Source: Albugo candida (Eukaryota). From it: a DNA stretch of 64,000 nt. A program made the position numbers and the translations under genes. Positions 51,644-64,000 of this stretch are shown here, in pieces (within the stretch, counting starts at the first letter, position 1; every line of letters begins with the position of its first letter). Location of the stretch: positions 744,001 to 808,000 of the forward strand of contig JBDOQK010000002.1 of the NCBI GenBank assembly GCA_040437565.1, given 5' to 3'. The notes under the pieces were generated by a model that worked only from the letters and a program-made list of their open reading frames with translations, did not search any database and was not told where the DNA came from.

Positions 51644-53207
51644 TTATTTGAGTCCTGCAAAGGCGTCAATGTCAATGCCTTTCTTCCCCTGCGAAGGTTT
51701 GGCTCCACTGATATCAATTGGATTCATGAGTTGTGAAATGTTGTAATTGCTATTTGCGGCGGCGGTTGCTGCATTCGATACTGACAGTGGTTGCATTGGC
51801 AAGGCTGACGACATCGCCGAGGTATTCACCGGTCGTCGGAGAACATTAGTGTCTGAGCAGTTGAGTGGCACTGAAGCAAAGTTTGATGCAGATTTTTTTC
51901 GTGGAGCTAACGGGTCTAAAGCCAATCTAAGAGATACATTGTAAGTCGCTTTGAGGAGCTTTGCAATGTGGTAACACGTCATACTGCTCGAATGATTTTG
52001 TAATCTGCGGCTGACAAAGCGTGTCGAATGGATCTACAATGCTACGAGCGCGGTGAGGTCATTGATCGCAGCCGCTGCAAAAACTTACTCGGGGGCCCTG
52101 GTATTTTGTGCCACATTTGGCTCCATCGGAACGCTTCTGCTTGTCGTACTTGTGCTAGTCTACCAAACAAACACATAACAAATTGATTTAAATGCTGCTG
52201 ATATTTCACCTTTCGTAATGGATCGAAGAGAAGCTCGTGTGCTGTGCTCACAATCGCGGGTGCTTGTTCGTCGATTAAATTGATTTCAGGCTGTGCGACA
52301 ACCACCTTATTAAGCTGATTTGCTTTCTCACGCTCTGCTCTTCGATTAGAAATCGGCCTTCTCGCTTCCCTTCCAACCGCAATAGAATCGGAGATCTTGT
52401 GCTCTGAAACAATCTCCTGAGTCCCAGATGTTGCTCTAAACGCCTTATTGTTCTCCTTTGAGACCATTTCGACACTTTTCATACCCCACTTTTGCGTTCC
52501 AAACGATACTTTCATACAAATAGTCAGATATAGCTGTCTACTGATGAAGCTCCACCCGCATACCCGGTGCAGGCGCAATCGGAGGAGCTGATGGCTTGTA
52601 AATTGGTTCATAGACACTCGACGCAGGTGCCAACTTTCTTCGACGGTAAACGTCCCAATGTCGATACGGTATGCGATTTATAATGAGATCTTAAGGCGTG
52701 AATTAATCCTCAGGTAAGTCGTAAATCTTCCATTTCTCACCGTATTTTGGCACTTCTTCGCCTCCGGTGTCATTGATTCGAACCTCTAAAGAATAATTCG
52801 TGTTTTCCAGGTACATTTTATGACTCCAATCACTCATTGTCGCCTAATTTGAACATCAGTTGATAAAGGTGCTGGAACTTGTACACGCGTATAACGCACA
52901 GTATTCGAGTAGTGTACTTGATGCCCATCAAATTCAATGCACTACAAATAAAAATAAAGAGGTTGATATCTATGCGTGTATACGATTTCGTAGTAAAAGT
53001 CTCGGTACAAGCCTTCTTGTAAGACATGATCGAGTGTGTCAAAACAACTGTATGAACTGATTCAGACTCTCCGAGTGTAAATTGCCACGTCACGCGCCTC
53101 TTTGAGGCCGCAACAACCTCGCCGATATGATCTTCCATGCGATTGACGCGCTTTGGTGGTCCAATTTCATTTGGATCCGGCCGCGGATTGTACAGTCGAG
53201 AATCCAT
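51644..53207 (-). CDS. Hypothetical protein with N-terminal FAIM1-like domain and low-complexity tail bearing DPF/DPL-type motifs, multi-exon
   Basis: SKRRVTWQFTLGESESVHTVVLTHSIMSYKK/CIEFDGHQVHY...LEVRIND. The tail has NLIDE, LLFDPL, VDPFDTL, DPLAP and IDAFAGLK*. Confidence 0.6.
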
Positions 53208-53777
53208 TGATTACTACCAAGCTTCCAACACTTGCGAATACACAAAAATGTGTCGTCGGACGGGATCAACGCGAAACGTTTAGACAGGTTAACACATTTC
53301 ACAGGTACTGAGGTTATGGACAGTGGGAACTCTAAACTTGAGGCTTTTCTCAACGTTTGAATACAAGTATGAAGCTGGACAGTTTCTGGGCAGTAATTGG
53401 AGTAAAAGCAGATTGGAGAATAAAAGTCAAAGCATCCCGCAAAATCGACTCTTTTCTTTGGTTGTACGGTCTGGTGAGATTTTGTTTGGGGTAAAAGCTG
53501 TCATCTATTGAATCTAGTGACAGGTATCAGCTACAAAAGGTAAGCATGGTGCATGACTCGTGGTCATTGCGGTAATCTTCGGAGCGCGCTTTGAATTTAT
53601 TGCCAGCGCAATAGTATAATCAAAAGGGTATGAAGTTTTGGAAGTAATCGCAATGCATAATTCCGAAAGAGTTGAAGCTTTTGCATTCATCTTATATTAT
53701 ACTTATTTTTAGTACAGTCTATTTCTACGTTCGGTGATGCATCTATTTAATTCAATTGTAAACAGTAGGCAGTAATA

Positions 53778-54371
53778 TCATTGGACATCACAAGTGTTAA
53801 TTGATGTGAATGTACTGGTGTATTTCATCACAGCGGCTTCCAATGCCTCCAAATGAGGATCGTACACGTCGAGTTTTCGCATAGAGTTACATAAACGAAA
53901 GAGATATTCTGTGTTTGGACCACTCATACCAGATCTTGTAGCGATCTGCTGCGCCATTTCATTCAGTGAGGAAGGTCCAAGGAAGTCGGAATTGTGAGGA
54001 CGAGCGATATACACCAACGCATTACGAACAACCCCATCCGTGCAATTTACGTCGACAAGCCTGCGATCGTACCCAGCACGTTCACGAGCATCAAGATTTT
54101 GAAGTGTGTAGAGAATTTCATCGTCAGGAATTTTATATAGTCGTCCCCAAGTAATGTTGTCACCATCCTCATGAGCGTATTCATCGGCAAAGTTTTCAAT
54201 TTCATCAGAGCTTATCAAAGTCACCACGCGTCCCATTGCATCTGGAGATCCTCGATGATCAGGACTTCCTTGCCAGAAACGTCGATGCCATCCTTTCACA
54301 TACCCGTAAACGGTGTCTTCTACCGGGAAATTTGTCTTCCAGACGATCGAACCATACCCGAAGACCCACAT
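53778..54371 (-). CDS. chaC: ChaC-family glutathione-specific gamma-glutamylcyclotransferase
   Basis: [52 protein letters not shown]; intronless. Confidence 0.95.
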   Translation of the reverse strand: MWVFGYGSIVWKTNFPVEDTVYGYVKGWHRRFWQGSPDHRGSPDAMGRVVTLISSDEIENFADEYAHEDGDNITWGRLYKIPDDEILYTLQNLDARERAGYDRRLVDVNCTDGVVRNALVYIARPHNSDFLGPSSLNEMAQQIATRSGMSGPNTEYLFRLCNSMRKLDVYDPHLEALEAAVMKYTSTFTSINTCDVQ

Positions 54372-54918
54372 GATCAAAAATTGCAAAAGTCAGAGTGGAT
54401 GTTTGGGACTAGACAGAAATGCCAATAATGATGGCGGTCATATCGTATTCCAAGGAGCTACTGGCTCTTTTATGTCGATTCCCCAAACGCGTTAGAGGGT
54501 AGACTCACACACATTACACGTGATTATTGGCTTATAATCTCGCAATCTTCAGTGATTTACCCAATCTGCGCACGTTATTCTAATCACCCTGCTAGTCATT
54601 GAAATGGTCCGCGAGGATTGGCTGAAGAAATTTAGCAGAGACATTGCATACCAACATTCGTAAAGCATCACACCCTGCGTGTCTGCGTGAAGGATGAAAC
54701 CTTCAACACCTGTCGTATGGGCCCTAGTTAACGTTATTCATAGAGTTTTGAGCTTAATTGTCGGGCATTATGCATTTGAACTGTCTTGACTGGAGGGACA
54801 TAGGTTGTAGATGAGTCAAGTTATACTCGGGTACAGCCACTTCATACGATTTCGGACAAAAGATTAATAGTAATCTGTTCGTGTCGATTACTTCTGAACT
54901 GCTTCGCTCAAGTGAAAG

Positions 54919-55272
54919 TCATCGATTGCGTTAAAGTCTTCATGGGATTTCTTCCTGAAAGCACGTATAACGGCATTGAGTGTCACGTCGATCTTACCTG
55001 TACACCCACTTACATGGATGAGCGCAATGATGTTCCGACCGAGTANNNNNNNNNNNNNNNNNNNNNNNNNNNNNNNNNNNNNNNNNNNNNNNNNNNNNNN
55101 NNNNNNNNNNNNNNNNNNNNNNNNNNNNNNNNNNNNNNNNNNNNNTCATCGATTGCGTTAAAGTCTTCATGGGATTTCTTCCTGAAAGCACGTATAACGG
55201 CATTGAGTGTCACGTCGATCTTACCTGTACACCCACTTACATGGATGAGCGCAATGATGTTCCGACCGAGTA
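54919..55272. repeat. 127-bp duplication (54919-55045 = 55146-55272) around N gap; likely assembly artefact
   Basis: The same sequence lies on both sides of the 100-N gap. Confidence 0.93.
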
Positions 55273-56641
55273 ACTAAGTGTCTGCTGACTCTACCTCTCT
55301 GTCTTATCGAATCATGACATGTAGTCGCAATCCTCCAACATAGCCATGAGATTTAGTGTGCTCACATCAGTGTACAATCAACTAAATTAGTCCTTCGTAA
55401 AACCAGAATCTTCTAGACACGAGCCAAACAAATCATTGCCTACGAATCACATCTACAGAAAGCCGATGTTGGGTAGATACTTTGGGTTCCATCCAGATGC
55501 AATAAATGTCCGAGGCTAGCACATTCTACCTATCAGAACCACTACAAGTCTCTTGTGGTCGGCGCGCACGTCTTTATCTCTAAAGAGACTTTAATTCATA
55601 AAGGTTGACGATGTTTTTCATCAGATGCATATACAAAATCAAAGAAAATGAATGGCTACTTTTCTTCAATCTCGCATTCAAGCGCCTTGGGAAACGCTCC
55701 TAAGATGGAAATGGTGGTTTTATCTGGCGAATTGAAGAAATTTTCTGTTCACCTTAACATCGCGCTGGTGATGATGATAGAGTCAGATTCGATGATTGAC
55801 ATTCACAGCCAAACCACAAGGCTGATTAGTCATAATCAGACGACAGTTCTTCATCATCCGTCACGATCGATCAGGAATTGTCACCCTTATGATACAATTG
55901 AATCGTATGAACTTTTTCTCTATACCGCAAGATACGTCTTGTGTGCACCCGCGCTGCACTTCATTTGCACAGCGCCATGAAGGATATTCGGTTGAGCGAA
56001 TGTGGTGTGTACAAGCAAATTTCATGAATATAAATGTTCTTATGTTGAAAATGTGACGCGATAAAGGCATTGGCTACATCGCAACATTGGCGCTACCTTT
56101 GTTCGTAAAAATACTCAAGGAATTTCAATTCTTCATCCGTGTGAGATGTAAGTGCTTCTACCAAAAGTCAGAAAGTCCATAGCAGCTGTATACCAGTAGT
56201 GATAGCGTTAAATTTTCTTTGTAAAGGAGTTGGTCAACGAATATATCTCCGGTACACAAAAGCTTTGAGATCCAACAATTCAGGGCACTTGACGAATAGG
56301 AAATCAGTGTCACGATACTTTCACTCTTTATCAAAACTATAAGGCCATTAGCATCTAATTTTGTCGATATGAAAAAGTTCCCACCAAGCTGTAGCTGTAT
56401 TCAATAGCTTCAACTGCATAACAAATCCATCAAATATTATTCAGCTTATGTTATATCCTCTGTGACATCAGGTATCCAATAATTAGACTTTGTATATGCT
56501 TACGGTCAGCCATTATTTCGACATATATAGCTTTGATTTTGTTCGAGTAAATACATACAATTACTCGCTTAAAATCAGGAAACCAAACTTCTTGCGGAAG
56601 CATATGATTGGCTAGATAGGAGCTACTCGCTTTCAACGTAT

Positions 56642-59600
56642 ATGAAGCAGGAAGATTTTGTAGCAGAGTCCGAAGACGACGATGCCACAACGAAAGCTTG
56701 CCAGAACGCGTCTCAACGTATCGATGATACCACAAGCATAGAAGACACGATAGATATAGAGAAGATCTCGCAATCAAGCCGTATAGTTTCAAACAAAAAG
56801 CTTAATAAAAATTGTCCGGCACCAGCACAAGAACTGATACCATGCGATTCACAGAACGGATCCAAAATCCTTTATGATGAAAAATTGACACAATCCTCTC
56901 AAGTCAGAAAAGATGACGGATTGCTTGAGATCCGGTCATTTGTGATGGTGGATTCACGCACTTGGCCTGGAATCAACAAACCCGGTGGTCCTGGTCGAGT
57001 GGCTGCCGTCCGTCAAGAGGATCAATCATTTGTGTACGATATTCGCTACATTTTTGGTGGATTCGAGAAAGGAGTTAGAAGAGAGTTTATTCATTTGTCA
57101 AATTTGCTGGAAAGAGAACAAACTGCTCGAGTGCCCCAACCGCGGCAGTATTATCATGGTATTTTACACACTCAGCGATACTGACGCTCACTTTATCAAT
57201 AAATCTACTTCTTAGAGGAATATGCCGAGCCTCGTGGCGTCAAAAGGAGCAATAAAGAGCAATCAAAAAAGAAGAGATGGGAACCGCAAGAGTGTAATGA
57301 CTTGATGCGGGATGACGCAAATGATATGAAGTCACCGAGTGTGACTGCTTACATCCAAGAGAATGAGAAAGTCAGGACAGTTGAGAGGGAGACGAAGCCT
57401 GTACTGCCGTCGGTTAGCGGAAAAAGCGTTTACACACGAAAAAGAAGGCGACTGCGTCAAAATTCTGACCGAATACGAGGAGATTCTGGCAGTGAATTGG
57501 AGCAAATTGACCGCACCGTTTTTAATGATTTCGGTAAAAATACATCCGAGGCTTCTAATTCAGCTGAAAGTGACGATGGTTATCAACCCTTGCATCTTTC
57601 GAGGAGACATACTTTCGAGAAGAAGCGAAGACGCTATGTAGGCGGGTATTGGCATCATGGGGAGGATGCTGATTCGACATTCATCCAGCCAGAGGACAGC
57701 GCTATGGACCTTCCAGATGACGTCCGGAAGCAGACACATTTCAAACTCGCCGAGTCTATCGACGGACTAAAGCATCAACTAGCAGTCGAGTCAGAAAATT
57801 TTGAGATGGCATTGTGTCAATTTTACAGCGTCAAGCGCTCTATCAGCTTTGATACTAGCTCAACACTCGAATATAGTGAGCTCAATGATTTATACGACAA
57901 AGTAGGTTGCATGTGATTATCCATTTGAGATCCTTTTGTAAATAATTGTGTTCAAATAGCTCACGCAATTGGAATCGAGTCTCAGGAAGGATATCATTCG
58001 ATCAGGAGAAGACATTGTTGACATGATCATTCGAGCAATAGAGGGGCGAGATGCGCGGCTGGTATTACACAATGCAATTGGGGATTTGATCTAACTTTCT
58101 CAATAGCCAGAAAATTTGGAACTAGATCACGATGAGCGAAAACGGCGAGTAGCAGAATACGGCTCGTGGCTGAGAAAAACGAAAATGATTGCAGAAGAAA
58201 TGTATCGTGAAAATCGCTGGAAGAAACCGGGTGTACCTTCAGAATTAGATTCTGGTAGTCAAAGTGGAGAAGCATTGGGTGGTGAGATGAGTGACGAGGA
58301 CTATGAATCGGATGATGCCGAAGCTGATCGAGTCTTGGAAGAATGGCAAGATGGTTGCGATGCAGCAACTTTGGACGTACGTGATGGGAACTATGACACC
58401 TCTGATGAAAGGATTTGGACGAGTAGGTCACAGGAAAGCTTTACTCAATTACCAAAAGCCCATACACGAGCACGTTCCCGTATTTCGTTTGATCACCGAA
58501 TCCAAAGTTCAGGTCTCACAGTCAACTCTGGAACAATACCGCGCCAAATTCAGTNNNNNNNNNNNNNNNNNNNNNNNNNNNNNNNNNNNNNNNNNNNNNN
58601 NNNNNNNNNNNNNNNNNNNNNNNNNNNNNNNNNNNNNNNNNNNNNNNNNNNNNNGATGCCGAAGCTGATCGAGTCTTGGAAGAATGGCAAGATGGTTGCG
58701 ATGCAGCAACTTTGGACGTACGTGATGGGAACTATGACACCTCTGATGAAAGGATTTGGACGAGTAGGTCACAGGAAAGCTTTACTCAATTACCAAAAGC
58801 CCATACACGAGCACGTTCCCGTATTTCGTTTGATCACCGAATCCAAAGTTCAGGTCTCACAGTCAACTCTGGAACAATACCGCGCCAAATTCAGTCAAAA
58901 CTGAGACTCACAACGCGAAGGATCACAAGCGAGGATTTTAGTAGCAAGTGGAATTGGTATAGAGTTTTGAAGAATATCCGCACAAGTCGGAAACAAAATT
59001 CATCTGGCAAGCTGTGCTCTAAAAAACAGCCGAACAAGCTGCAAAAATCGAAATCCTGGTTGTTCCGTCACGACGTGAATGCAAAAGTTAGAGCCTTACG
59101 TAATCTTCGATCAGAAAATGCATCCAATTCAAAGCTTCGTAGTATTGCCCGAAAACACGTTTCTCCTCTTACCAATGCGTCCGCTCCTCAGAATGCTCAC
59201 TACATTGATAACGAATCACACCACTCAAGGGAATATGCTGATTGGGACTCTGTCTTCGAGGTCGTACAAGTTGATTCATCTCTGTCACGTCTTCTACAGC
59301 TTGCACCCTGTACGGTCGAAAGACAGCGTGCTCTACTAGATTTTGAGAAAAATGTCGACGGAGAGCTATACAGAATGTGTCCGGCAATCAACGATCCTAT
59401 CGATCATCAGAAGGCATTCATTGCGCACCAAGGAAAGTTCACTCGGCAATCACTGAATTTGCTTTATTGGATGGAACAGAAATTCATGAAATCAGTGACT
59501 TTAGAGCTATTTGAGAAGAGAGAGACATATATAGCGACAGACTGGAAGAATACGACAACTTACAAGGAACTAGAAAATTTGGAAGGCGCATGCAAACAAG

Positions 59601-62600
59601 CTCTCCTTACTTTTACAGAAACCACCATCAGAACCTTATGTTATCAAAGTCTTGAGACGATTCATAAACTCGCAGAATTTGCATCAACCGAACTCAAACA
59701 GATACTTCAATGCATTCCTTCTTGTGGCCAGATTTTTGAGAATTTTAAAGGGTATTTCGCATTCTTTGAGCTCGAGGATGAGATATCTACGCCTCTACTC
59801 CATACGATCAGCTGTATCTTTTGGCATGCACTGCGAATCGCAGAAGCATTGTTGAAGGTCTCTGCGTGTAAGACTCAGCAAAGCGAATCGGATTTGAATT
59901 CAGCCCAAGAAATGCCCGATATATTACGACCAAAGTGCGTTATACTCGCTGCAGCACTCTATCTCGTTGATTTGTATCTACATATTCCGATGTCTCATGG
60001 TGTGCACCAAGAAGAAGATCATCGAGACACTTTGCATTTGAAATCTGAAATGCCAGCCCAGTCGCTTTGGCTCTTCATCTTTCAGTGTAGCCACGATCAA
60101 GTCGATCCAACAGAATCAGTAAAAGCATCATCAGCACTAATGCCAGACTCTAAAACTTTTNNNNNNNNNNNNNNNNNNNNNNNNNNNNNNNNNNNNNNNN
60201 NNNNNNNNNNNNNNNNNNNNNNNNNNNNNNNNNNNNNNNNNNNNNNNNNNNNNNNNNNNNCACTTTGCATTTGAAATCTGAAATGCCAGCCCAGTCGCTT
60301 TGGCTCTTCATCTTTCAGTGTAGCCACGATCAAGTCGATCCAACAGAATCAGTAAAAGCATCATCAGCACTAATGCCAGACTCTAAAACTTTTTGGATAA
60401 TGCTCCAGATGATGGTAAGTGAGTTTTCTTTCGCTATCGAATGTTAGTATTGACTCCAATTCTGGTGGATTTAGTTCGAGCACGGCTTGGTGCGGCAACT
60501 AGCGTCCGATTTCGTTGCTCGTCGCCCGTTTGGCCCGTATACGCAGGATAAGAACAATACAAGTCCTCCAACTTTGGACAATGATATTGAGAGTTTGGTC
60601 GAAGCCGAAGTACTATCCCTGAAAGTAGGATGGGAACTCACCACCACTCTCGCTTGTCTATGCTTTGAGAACAAAGATTTGGAACTGACGAAGCAAAATG
60701 CTGCTGAAAAATGGGGACTCGTCAAAGTATTATTGCGTCAGTCCACGGGTATTGCCAGTTGCATTCTCGATTGCAAGAAGAACGAATGCTATCACCAGAA
60801 TTACGGTAAGCTGATGGCTCGCGCTTGTTCTTCTCATCAAACTTTATCTGTATCTAGCGATATACATCAGCATGGCGCTACAGCACGTTTTGACCCTATC
60901 TGGACTCTGGGCTCCCTGCATAGGTCAGTTTTTCAGTATGCAGCATGATTTATAAACATTGTCAATCCTTTTTAGAAGTCGTAGAGCTTATTTGTTTCGA
61001 GTCAAAGTTGTGTTTCGGCATCACAGCTTATGAGCTACCATCGATTCTGTCGCTTTTGGAGAAAAAAACTATCGACTTTCAAGTTGCGAAACGCAATAAT
61101 TCACCAAAATTGGCTCAGCTGACTTCTCATTGGAGTCTAGAAGCTGCGGCTTCCAAAAGCCACGCAGGATCACAACAAGCGTACATTGATCTCATCTGCT
61201 CAATAGTTCTCGTACGTGCCCATGCTACACTGATAGGGATTGAGCTCGATTGTTAGGTACAGCTTCTGAAGTTTGAAAAAACAATACAGCGTAATCGCTT
61301 TCGACAACGACTTATTCGGACGATTTCAAACCGTCTCGATGCAAACTCATCTTCGGGCGTTGAGATAAATACTGCAGGTACTTGGGACTGGAAGAAAATT
61401 CTTCCATCAAACTCGACAAAACAGCCCGAAGGCCAAACAAGTGACGGACTAGAGGTACTTTACCTCATACGTTCCGATTTCTATTATCTCACATTCTTTG
61501 TGCAGTCAATTTTGATGCTTTGCTTTCTGGCGCTTTTTGCTTTCATCAGCATACAATTCGATACTTTAGAGAATACTTTGACGTTAGCTCAGCCCCGGGA
61601 CCATCGGCAATTATCACGTGATATTGAGTACTACTGCAATGAATTGACCAGAGTTGAAAAGGAAAAAATCGTGCAACCGTCATTATTAGCTGGCATATTT
61701 GCCTTCATCGGGCGATTGGTCATTAGCAGAACCGATCTTTTGGCCATTGTTTTGAAGCATTTTTCCATCCATTTGGAATGTACCATGAAAGAAATTCTAC
61801 AGTCTGCTTGGAATCCAGCCACAGCTAGAACAACTGCGAGCGACCAAGAATCAGGAAAAGGGGCAAATCTTTGCGCTCCCGAGGATGTTGTTTTGTTGGA
61901 GTTTACGAATTTGGCCGAGTTTTTCCTCGACCACATCCACGGTGGAAATCTCGCTCAAGTAGAAGCTCTTCCCCACAAATACGATGATGCGCTATCTTCT
62001 TGTGTGACAGCGATTATCAGTCCCGCTTTGGCCCTTGCAATCGATGCATGTCTTGAGAATCGACTTTTACACGATTATTTACCAAGAATACTGAATCTAT
62101 TATGGCAGCTTTCACCAGCTCGTTACTATCAACCAACTTTGAGTTTGAAAGGTATTTCTTTGATGCATTGCATAGAAAAATCGGACACGAACGAGCAAGT
62201 CAATGACGACTTTGAAGACGACGACATGCTCGAACTGCTTGCAAGTGTGGATTTAGAAAAGCTTAGCTCGGTCAAGCAAGCCAAACCTTTGGAATGGACC
62301 CTCAAAGATCTTGTAATGGCATTTGAAGCGGACATTCTGAAAGCTCTAACTCGACCTTACAGACTTCCACTCCAGCGCCTGCTGTTCAGTTCCAGCATGC
62401 TCGCATCACCGGTCGGTAGACAATCAAGTCTGAATTATCAGACGATGCAAATCTTTGGTTGCATAATATCCACATGCTCCTCATCCTACTCTTGGGATGT
62501 CGCACGAGCTGCCTCATTCCAAAAGCCATGCTTTTTTACTTCCAAACTATTCAGCGCCATCATCCGACACAATTGGGACGCAAGAAATTGGCTTGTATTA

Positions 62601-64000
62601 TCATTTTTTAGCGATACAAACGCTGAAAACGAGCTTTTGCAGCTTTGGCTCAAGGCTACCTTTGATCCTACCACGTTATTTCGCGATAGAGACTCTGGCC
62701 ACATCAATTACTGGGAAGCGATGACGGATACGATCATTTACAACCTGCACCAAAATGTTAGATTAGAAACGAAAATGGCTCCTCTGATGTTTCAGTGCAT
62801 GCAGGACACGGCATCACGTTTTTATCCGACATTCACTTCCCATATGACTTCAAGTGTAGCCCAACCCGACCATTGTCAGCTCCATTTTCAGCTGTTTCTA
62901 TCCTTGTGCAAAAGTATAGGCTCTGTATGGAATCGTTCGTGTATGGAGCCTCAGAACAATCAGAGATACCAATTCAGATCAAAGTTTATGGATCGATATC
63001 ATGGAATATTCACCGTTTACACCGAGTAAGTCGATTTGATGTTGCGGCTCTTATCACTGTCAATTTGATCTGTAGACTGTACGAGGCAAACTTGAGACAT
63101 ATGATCACACGACTCGAACAAATGAAGAGTTCNNNNNNNNNNNNNNNNNNNNNNNNNNNNNNNNNNNNNNNNNNNNNNNNNNNNNNNNNNNNNNNNNNNN
63201 NNNNNNNNNNNNNNNNNNNNNNNNNNNNNNNNAGCTGTTTCTATCCTTGTGCAAAAGTATAGGCTCTGTATGGAATCGTTCGTGTATGGAGCCTCAGAAC
63301 AATCAGAGATACCAATTCAGATCAAAGTTTATGGATCGATATCATGGAATATTCACCGTTTACACCGAGTAAGTCGATTTGATGTTGCGGCTCTTATCAC
63401 TGTCAATTTGATCTGTAGACTGTACGAGGCAAACTTGAGACATATGATCACACGACTCGAACAAATGAAGAGTTCTGGATGGATGCGAAGTACTATGGTT
63501 TTACAGAAAGAGTTTGCAAGGCAGCAGTATACAAGCACTAATGCCCACTGCTTGGATACGAGCATAGATGGTTTGGATCTTGACTCACTGAATGGAAAGG
63601 AACAGACCAATGAGCCTTTGTGGCAGGCTTTAAGGCTTTTCAAGTTCATGTACGACTGTGCTGAAGCTTTTCTCATCCATTGCAGCGATCTAGCCATAGG
63701 TCAGCAAAACACTTTTTTTGCAATTATGGAAGTCATGTTTCGGCAAGCAGTATTCGCCGAGAACGAGAGGATCAAAGCCAAATTCCCATCAAAATTTAAA
63801 GCTTTCACGACAGCCAAGTCAGAGCATACATTGACCGCGTGGAATTCGCTTTTGGAAAGTATTCGAACGTATTTTGCGCAACAAAAGTACCCAAGTCTTT
63901 TGCGTTGGTTCGCTCGGGTGAGGCATTCACATTTGTGGCCAGCAGTCGTGCTGATACTTGCATTGTAATAGACAGAAAATTCCTATCAAACGCTCGAGAA
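56642..64000 (+). CDS. Very large multi-exon protein, probably extending past the window end: Tudor/SH3-like module near the N-terminus and MMS22L/Mus7-like helical region
   Basis: The 5' exons join in frame through GT-AG introns (about 57159-57215, 57902-57959, 58062-58106), and long same-strand ORFs follow. MMS22L-like pattern LWLFIF...TFWIMLQMM...KVGWELTTTLA...KWGLVKVLL. Coding status is confident; the family call is tentative. Confidence 0.6.
58314..58895. repeat. 241-bp duplication (58314-58554 = 58655-58895) around N gap; likely assembly artefact
   Basis: The same sequence lies on both sides of the 100-N gap. Confidence 0.93.
60028..60393. repeat. 133-bp duplication (60028-60160 = 60261-60393) around N gap; likely assembly artefact
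   Basis: The same sequence lies on both sides of the 100-N gap. Confidence 0.93.
62890..63475. repeat. 243-bp duplication (62890-63132 = 63233-63475) around N gap; likely assembly artefact
   Basis: The same sequence lies on both sides of the 100-N gap. Confidence 0.93.

Noticed and set aside
54604-55045. pogo/DDE_1-like scraps (EDWLKKFSRDIAYQ, VKVFMGFLPEST)
   Set aside because: No catalytic motif or terminal inverted repeats were found; similarity is too weak.
55590-55690. Minus-strand HLMKNIVNLYE resembling kinase subdomain IV
   Set aside because: No other kinase motifs in order nearby.

Overview
Gene-dense eukaryotic DNA with short (mostly 50-100 nt) introns and very small intergenic spacers. 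Gene content and style point to an oomycete, most plausibly Albugo; this is an inference, not a database result. About 20 genes can be read, in order: a Cys/His-repeat protein, TMEM135-like, WDR6/Trm734, ATG8, a PH-RasGAP, a ~2,590-aa fusion (signal peptide + KRE6/SKN1-type GH16 + TMEM198-like membrane linker + FKS/GT48 1,3-beta-glucan synthase), TypA/BipA with a mitochondrial-type presequence, MTR4, NFRKB, a small DAPIT/subunit-k-like protein, CTR9 with a ~72-aa extra domain inside its TPR array, an RRM-only PPIE-like protein, V-ATPase c'' (apparently needing a GA-AG intron), SETD9-like, SAM50, a TM+ARM-like protein, the AHAS small subunit, a FAIM-like protein, ChaC and a large MMS22L-like gene that runs off the window. 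An ~8 kb gene-poor interval (32.3-40.3 kb) holds decayed copia-like, kinase and AAA fragments. All ten 100-N gaps are flanked by direct duplications (127-1140 bp) that I read as unmerged contig overlaps. The best candidate for an unusual system is the one-chain GH16/GT48 glucan synthesis-and-branching enzyme. All family assignments come from motif recognition by eye; no searches were run.
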